Shown: positions 56,530 to 64,000 of the stretch, in pieces
Layout of the letters: each line of letters opens with the position of its first letter
Position numbering within the stretch: the stretch's first letter is position 1
Assembly (NCBI GenBank): GCA_010909165.1
Contig: MU008184.1
Coordinates: forward strand, 186,001-250,000
Direction: 5' to 3'
DNA: 64,000 nt
Source of the DNA: Anthoceros angustus
Lineage: Eukaryota; Plantae; Anthocerotophyta
Notes under the pieces: generated by a model
The model's database searches: none
What the model was told of the DNA's origin: nothing
What the model saw: the letters and a program-made list of their open reading frames with translations, nothing else
Made by a program: the position numbers and the translations under genes

Positions 56530-56840
56530 AAATGAAAAGCCATTGTTCTAGAAGTGAAAAGCCAACAGTCATGGAAATGGAAAGCCAACAATTTTGATAA
56601 TGAAAAGCCAACAATTTCAAAAATGAAAACTCAACAGTTCTAGAAGCGAAAAGCCAACCATTCTAGAAGTGAAAAGCCAAGTTCTGGAAGTGAAAAGCTA
56701 ACAAGTCTAGTCCCAGAATATGTGAACCAATAGGCTTGGAGTCTCTGGACCTTAGATAAATTCTCCAATCCAACTTCCATGAGCCATTACATTGCAAAGC
56801 TCCGGACCAATAGGCTTGGAGTCTCTTGACCTTAGAAATT
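56530..56840. repeat. ~21-bp GAAAAGCCAA tandem array plus a duplicated CCAATAGGCTTGGAGTCTCT, probably transposon subterminal repeats
   Basis: About 8 units of GAAAAGCCAAC-like sequence at 56534-56702. Confidence 0.75.
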
Positions 56841-56968
56841 TGTCCAAGCCAACATTCATTAGTTATTACATAGCATAGCTCCGGAATTGTAGGACTGGGG
56901 CCTCTTGATCTTGAATAGTTTCTTGAGGGCAACTTTTATCAGTTCGATACTTTTATCAGTTCGATATA

Positions 56969-57664
56969 TTGCGTTGTCATTTGTTCATGGATTATCTACA
57001 TGATATTGTAGAAGGTTGTAGCCTATGGATTGCCTACTTGTTTGGCTGCGTATTTTGTTTACAAGATGAGTGTAACATATTTCATCCAGAGGATAGGGAG
57101 GAAGGGCTCCAAGATGAATTGAAACTCTTTTATGAATATACAAAGATCATAGTATTTCACATTCTAGTCAGTATATACTCCTTTATAATGACAATCCTTG
57201 GTTGGTTTGCCAATGCACTTTCTTCACTAGAAGATACTCATACAGCCTCTGCGTCTAAAGAGGATAGAAGAGGAAAAAGATGTGGTGGTTCATTGCACCG
57301 CAATGAAGAGCTTCAAGATCAAATGAAACTCTATTATGAACGCACAAAGTACGCAGCATTTTACATTCCAGTCGGTATATTTTTCTTTGTAGTGAGATTC
57401 CTTGGTCGGTTTGCCAATTGGTTTGTAGTCAGACCCCTTGGTCGTTTTGGAATCTGGTTTGCGAGCACACTTTTTTCACAAGATGATGTCTATGCCGCTT
57501 CTGCTTCGGAAGAGGATAGACATAGTGGTTCATTGCACCGCGTGGAAGAGCTTCAAGTTCAATTAGAACGCAATTATCATTGTACAAAGAAATCAACCTT
57601 TCTCTTTGTAGTAGGTATATTTTCATTGGTAGTGGAAAGCCTGCGTCGTTTGATGGATGGATGA
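56969..57664 (+). CDS. Hypothetical ORF with three internal repeats containing hydrophobic segments
   Basis: EELQDQMKLYYERTK-like unit three times; no recognised family. Confidence 0.3.
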   Translation: MRCHLFMDYLHDIVEGCSLWIAYLFGCVFCLQDECNIFHPEDREEGLQDELKLFYEYTKIIVFHILVSIYSFIMTILGWFANALSSLEDTHTASASKEDRRGKRCGGSLHRNEELQDQMKLYYERTKYAAFYIPVGIFFFVVRFLGRFANWFVVRPLGRFGIWFASTLFSQDDVYAASASEEDRHSGSLHRVEELQVQLERNYHCTKKSTFLFVVGIFSLVVESLRRLMDG

Positions 57665-59730
57665 TCCAATTATGATCGCTACAATTTTTGTACCTACTAA
57701 TTTACATATAAGAGAATCAAATTTTGCGGAGAGTTATATAAGCATGCCATGACAAGCCGATGGTATATGGGCTAAGCATGCAGAGAAGAGTATCCAAAGT
57801 AGGATATGGCATACTCAAATATGATAATCACATAATCAATAGAATGACCACCTAGATGACTGGCAAAGTGACTGCTAGGATGGTGACCGGGTAAGATGAT
57901 GACCCACAAAGGTAACTATAATCATAATGATTGATTCCGGAATAGGGTACTGATTGGGACTCCCCATTATCCTGAAATATATTATCCTTAAGTTCTCGAT
58001 CTTAATTTTGTATTCGAAAGGAACTTGGACAAACTAAGGATAGATGTAGGCAATTTGAAGGACCAATTAGCGCCTTTCAACTTCACAAGCTATTTATCAT
58101 GAGAATGCGGAGTTAACATGAAATACGGAAGCCAATCCAATGGATAGGCAACTTGTAGCTTCAAAATTTTTTATATCGCGGCTTCTATATTTTTTGTTTC
58201 ATTATTATGAACATTAATTTACTTGCTGCTACTTTAGTTCCTCTTGTTTAGACTAGCTTTATAATTTCAATTAAGAAATCCTTGATTGTAACCAACACTT
58301 TTATATAGTTCGACATAAAGCTATGTCATTACATTATATTTATTATTTACATCATTTACATTAGGATTTTTATTTAGAGAACAAAAATATATTTAACCTT
58401 TCATATAAAGAGCTGGACCGTTTTACTCATATAGCAATATTATGTCCTTGCATATTCATGGCGACTAGTGGCAAAGCGGAAAACCAGATGGTGCTGGTAG
58501 CCGGTAGCCTGGGACATGAAGACAAGTTTAGCAATTGCATCGGGGAGGAAGTGGGCACATAGGGACTGCGAAGCCTACCACTCAAATCGAGGTATAATTG
58601 GCCAATTTCACCAGGTTTCGGCTTCAACATGAGCGGTCAATTTCCCGCATGTGGTCTCATTGAAGCGGCTAGCTTTCGGACTCCCCCGTGGATGGCCAAT
58701 TTGAAGTAAAAGTCTCAAGACAAGGCAAGAAGAAGAAGCAGAAGAATTTTATTCAAGTCCACCAACGACAGTTTCCGTCATGGGACTTAGTACTTGACAA
58801 TTTGTACAATTGTGTGCCTACGCTATTAGCACCAAGGGCATTCACTCACACTACAAAAAGGGCAGCCACTCCCTCTCAGCACCCCATCCAAGTGCAGATG
58901 CTTGATGGTGACGCTTTTTTAAATGTATCCATTTGACCTAAGACGAACGCACGATGTAATGATGTAATGTTGGTTCGTAAAATGCATACTTTACGGTACT
59001 GAAAGAGGAATTTAAATTGTAGTATGTACTCGTCCGTCTCCCTCAGTCCGTGAGCTCATCCAAAACACGCTGCCCACCAGATCCGTCTTTACGACATAAA
59101 TGTTCTGAACTGTCGGTCAGACTGCTGGCATGTTACGTAGGTGGCCACCGGTTCAGCAGGTGCCCCCTTACCAACTTCTGCCACGCTCCGAAAGCGACTT
59201 GTCATTCATTGCCAATTTCGCTTGAACAGTCTAGCACAGTTGCGCTGCAGGGTAGACATTCCGCAATTCCGGAAGCTGTCTTGATGCCGGCGCTTCTCGT
59301 CGTCGTCGATTCCGCGCGCGATGCCATCTGGTTATTGCATCTGAAGCGTGGGCTTGGAGGTAAGCGCTGTGTAGCCCCAGTCGCAGTCGGTGAAAGGAAT
59401 TTGTTACGCTTTGCTGCATGATTCCGGAGCGGAGAGGAGAGCATGGTGCGGAGGCCTTTGGTTTGCGGAGTGGTAGTTCGCAGATCTAGATGCGGAAGGA
59501 TGGAGGAGCAAATTGTCATCGGGAGACGATACCTGGCGAGCTGTGACTGTTAGATGATTTGCTTGCCTTATTGCAACGTCGAGCCTCACACGGACGCTGT
59601 GTTTTGCGTTGACGATTGCAGATTGTACACCGGAAGTCGGAAGGTGAACGCAGACGAAGCTTGTGCTGCATTGGTCTTGTTGGAGCTTTTGTACTGCTCG
59701 TAGAGTTGGACTATACTTGGAGCTTGGATA

Positions 59731-61071
59731 ATGGCGGCATCAGTCTGTCGGTTGTTACAAAAATTTCTGCCGAAGCGCAAGTTGCATATTAAGAATCTGC
59801 AAGGGAAGCATGTGTTCATAACAGGCGGATCAACTGGATTAGGACTTGCGCTGGCCGAGAAGGTCATTGCTGGCGGTGGTTCTGTCACTATCACTGGCCG
59901 GAGCGAGAAGAAGTTGATTGAAGCAGAAGCTTTCTTGATATCCATTCGCGCCAAACGCGGCCTCGCCCAACCGTCCGCCTTGCTATCTCAGACGATAACA
60001 ATCAAGGTTCTCCTCTTGTCCTGCTTTCACCTGTTGTTTGAAGTGCAACGGTTTAAAGTGAGCGTGCACTGTACAACGTGACACTAGCTGAACCTTGATG
60101 CACCACCTGCAGGTTTTGGATGTATGCGACTTTGCTAGAATGGAGGCCGCCATTAACGAGGTTCCTATTGATGTGTTGATATGCAACGCTGGAGTGACCA
60201 GGGGTGGATTCCTAGACGAAATAACCAAGGAGGATGCTGATGCTATTGTTTCTACAAACATTCTCGGAGTTATTTACTCTGTGAAAGCAGCACTCCCGAT
60301 GATGAAAGCTCGCTGCCATGACAATCCTTCATCTATCGTCATCATAGGGTCTCTGGCTTCAATGGTGAGCATTATTGTACTTGTCAGTCCACTACTGCTT
60401 ATTCATCATGATCACGAGTTTCGGCTTTCAGGAACTTGGCTAGCTGTTTGCTGAGGCACGGAGATGGCAGCATCCACATCCGTAGGCTGACAAATTACTA
60501 CGTACTGCCCGTTGGTGCAGTTCTGCATGTATGGTCATGGTGTCTACACTGCATCGAAGTACGCACTGAAAGGTTACGCAGAGTGTTTGAGGCTGGAGCT
60601 TGTTCCCTACGAGATACGAGTGAGCTTAATCTGCCCTGGATTCATTGAGACTCCGTTTCTAGACGAAGGTAGTGTAACCAAACCGCTGCTTTCGCTCCAG
60701 CATCCGTATCTCAATCATTTACAACTGACCAGTAACGATAATTCTCTGTCTTCCTGTTTGTAGCTGAGAAGGACCCAAATGTGAAGATGATTATGTCGAA
60801 AATCAGCAAATATGACAGGAAAAGAGCGGACACGCCAGAGCATGTTGCTGAGCTGATAGTAAGAGCAGTCAAACAAGGGCGATTTTTGGTCACCAACGAA
60901 CCCTTAGGTCACCTCCTTTTTGTCCTGGCCAGAGGGTTTATGCCCCCGGAGGGCTTTGTGAGAGCCTCCCTTGAAACTCTGCTTTTCATTCCTTTCAGAA
61001 TCGTCAGCATACTGACCGCGTCAGATATGAAGAGACAGATACTGAGACAACATCACAGGTCTCCCCAATAG
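59731..61071 (+). CDS. TSC10: Short-chain dehydrogenase, 3-ketodihydrosphingosine reductase-like (4 exons)
   Basis: HVFITGGSTGLGLALA; DVLICNAG; YTASKYALKG; LICPGFIETPFLDE; C-terminal hydrophobic segment. Confidence 0.85.
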
Positions 61072-61194
61072 ACTGTCGTGGGCCATAAAACGACTTGACT
61101 TTGCTCCTCTTAACCTGTGTTGTTAGTTTTTTGCTTGACTGGACCTTCGTCGACCTTAGCTGGAGACAATATTGGACAAGACACAGATGTTGGT

Positions 61195-61470
61195 TGTTCT
61201 TGTCCTGGCCAGAGGGTTTGTGCCCCCGGAGAGCCTTGCGAGAGCTTTACTTGAACCTGTGCTTTCCCTTCCTCTTAGACTGTCACCATGCTGAGCTCGG
61301 CACATATGAAGAGACAGATACAGCGATACCATGGCAAGTCTCGACAGTAGACTGCCGTGGGCTATCAAACAGTGCTCCGTGCCTTTGCTGCTCTTAATTT
61401 TGATTGTTGATGCTTACTTGACTGGACCTTCATCGCCTTTAGCTGGAGACATTATTAGACAATCCACAGA
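61195..61470 (+). repeat. Degenerate tandem duplicate of the TSC10 last exon and 3' UTR (~60915-61190)
   Basis: TGTCCTGGCCAGAGGGTTT...GACTGGACCTTC occurs twice. Confidence 0.8.
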
Positions 61471-61476
61471 TTTTGG

Positions 61477-64000
61477 TCACTGAGAAGTGGTCGGGAACAA
61501 CGTTGTGAGAACAATGCGTGAAAACACATAGCTGACTTCCTCCACGTCCCCATCAGCGACAGCTTTCATCCTGTCGGCATCTTCCCTGATGTCACCTCGT
61601 TTCTTCTTAGGGCCATCTTCACCAGATTTCAGATCGCTTGCTCCTCTCAGCATGATCTCCTCTACCTTGTTGTAAACAGCTCGTGACACAACCTGATGAA
61701 GCCACACCAACAAATTAAACATCGATGACATTTCCTGCCTGCGAGACTCTGCAACAGTACAAGCCACAGCTAGACCTTGTCTCGAGAATCCCCTCGCATG
61801 CCGTTAGCAGCATCGCGCATCTGTACCAGCAATAGCTTAGCCTCCTTAACTATGGAGTCACACTCAGCCCCATATTCGGAGCTTTTTACAATAAGCTCAC
61901 TGCTCACAGACTCGCGGACAAAAGAATTTTCCTTGCTTTGATGTCTCTCGCAAATTCTTTTGGCTTTTCTCACTCCAGCCACCAAACCTGTCTTGTGGTA
62001 CACTGCCAAAGCCACGGCTGCAGCACTGATACGACTCCTCCTTTCACTTGTTAAAGCCAGATGGAAGGCTAGCACTGCTGTCCTGATGAGCCACAATATT
62101 GCGGAAAGCTCATTAAAATATAAGCTCCTCCATAGCCTCCAGTTTCCAGCAAGCGAGGCCAGTTGAGATACTTGCAAAAGAGAAGACCGCTACAAAACAT
62201 TACCATAGTGATGCATGGCATGGTCGATCAGGAGCAAACACTTTGTCCATATTTGCCAGAAAGTCCTGTAATGTGTCCCATATAAGAAAAAAATACAGGG
62301 GTACCTACTGCACAATCCACATTATGAAAAACCCACCAGAAGAAGATTTGAATTTTGGTCTTGTCGTGCAAAGTTTTTTGCCTTGAGATACTGTGCCTGA
62401 TCCATGACAAGGAGGCCTTGAGTGCAGTTTGAGTAGCCACTTCACTTCACAGGAATACGCACTAAGCTGACCGGACAAAACAGGAAAGCACATACATGAA
62501 GAGGGAACAGGGACTCCAGGATGCCATATCTCCAAAGCAATCGAACCGACCGTTCAGCAGAACCATATGCCATCAAAGTGTTAACTTCCAACATCAGCCG
62601 CCCCTGCAGCCGAAACATGACACAGTGACTGCAAGAACTCACAAGTACTTTCCACAAAACAGCATTCTGAATCAGTGGAAGCATGCTTTATGCGTCTCCA
62701 ATCACATACACCAAAACAAAGTCCCACTGCGGTTATTTCTTACCCCAGTGATTTGGGAAATTAAGTGCTTCTGAGCTTCCATAGCTTGTTCTGTGGCCCT
62801 CGCTAGACTAAACTGAAGGCGCGCAGCAAAACGAATTGCTCGCAGCATCCTCACTGCAAACATTACCCACGAGAACTCCTTCAGATGGAATTCATTGATA
62901 CTCAAGGGCAGAAAATGCTAACTCTCCTTTTCCGTCTTCCGTCCACCGGAAAAGCTGCCACATGCAACCTGACAAATGCTTTACCAGGGTCTTCTGCAAA
63001 AGAGTCTTTTGCACGAATCACAGTTCGGATCTGCAAATGAAAAACCAAAAACCAAACTCTTAGAAAAAAATTACGATATGAGCTGGCAAAATACAAGTTC
63101 CACAGTTACAATGTTGAGCCTCAATGATCCAACCTCATAAATTAAAAGCCCCATTCATACCTTGAGCTTCTTCAGATCCTGGAGACCGCCAACGTAATCA
63201 TATACAACTTTTTGAAAAGGGTCATACATGAGCCTGCAAGATCATTACCATATGCACCTCAGTAACAAGGTTATCGGTTCATAATCATATAAGAGCAGGG
63301 CAGTCTATAGACTTGCTGTGACGAGTGAGGGCAATGGTACCCATTAACTGTAAAATCACGTTTCTGGGAATTTTCCCACCGAGAAAAATCACTTTTATCC
63401 CAGTCATCAACTCCCTGTAAAGATTCTGGTCTCCTAGCAGATTTTTTAGGCCTAAAGCCCCCAAATGCCTTGAACGTGGTACTGAAACTTGAGACCTTTT
63501 ATTCCAACATCATGGGATGCATTATTTCCAGCTTCTGGGAAACAGCAGATTAAAAATGACAAAACGACGTGACTGCGTCACATAGGGCCACATAATAGAC
63601 AGCCTAAAGCACTCCTTATTGAGGTAAGCCAAGTGCTTACCTCAATAACTGATCCACCAGAAGGAATGAGGCATATGGGAAATCGCTTTCCTACAATCAA
63701 AGGTCTGCGTGGGAAGCCTTTCTGCACCTGTGGAACGGGTAAAAAGTAGCACAAACCAGCACCCATGAGCATTGAATATTGGATCCGGTTCCTATTGACA
63801 CTACATGAACAACAATAATAAAGCTACAGACCTCTTTCGGATTGGCAGTAGAGAGCACATCAAAATCCTTTGGAACTTGCTTCAATAGCAAATCTCGAAC
63901 GCTTCCTCCTACCAGATACGATTCATATCCTGGTCCAAATAGCCAGATACAACAGCTAATTTGCAGGGGCTCACACAAGAGAACAGTAGCTTCGAAGACG
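61477..64000 (-). CDS. PcnB-like poly(A) polymerase / tRNA nucleotidyltransferase family protein; multi-exon, 5' end outside the window
   Basis: [18 protein letters not shown]; [10 protein letters not shown] (bacterial PAP signature); SFAEDP; [12 protein letters not shown]; a frame break near 61770-61800 is unresolved. Confidence 0.88.

Noticed and set aside
56530-56840. CRISPR-like appearance of short repeats, also at 3245-3312 and 43545-43830
   Set aside because: No unique spacers of regular length, no cas genes, and a eukaryotic intron-containing context.

Overview
Nuclear DNA from a seedless land plant, most likely a hornwort (GRP-type DYW:KP PPR genes, ~90-110 nt introns, compact genes). 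The left ~44 kb is a transposon nest carrying many indel-rich tandem duplications that look like long-read assembly artefacts. The right ~20 kb is clean and gene-dense: PPR-DYW:KP, YceD/DUF177, NYN-C2H2, RanGAP, TSC10-like SDR and a PcnB-like nucleotidyltransferase. Main discovery: a Sola-like DNA transposon at 9583-24096 (32-bp TIRs, 4-bp GTAT target duplication) sits inside the gag of a Tat-like Ty3/gypsy element. Opposite its transposase it carries a large gene with a ParB/Srx-like domain and a beta-class N4C/N6A DNA methyltransferase domain. A second Ty3/gypsy element carries remnants of a C5-cytosine methyltransferase between protease and RT. Two paralogous putative U-to-C editing PPR genes have an OSB-type PDF motif at the N-terminus. 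All domain calls come from motifs read by eye; none were confirmed by a search.
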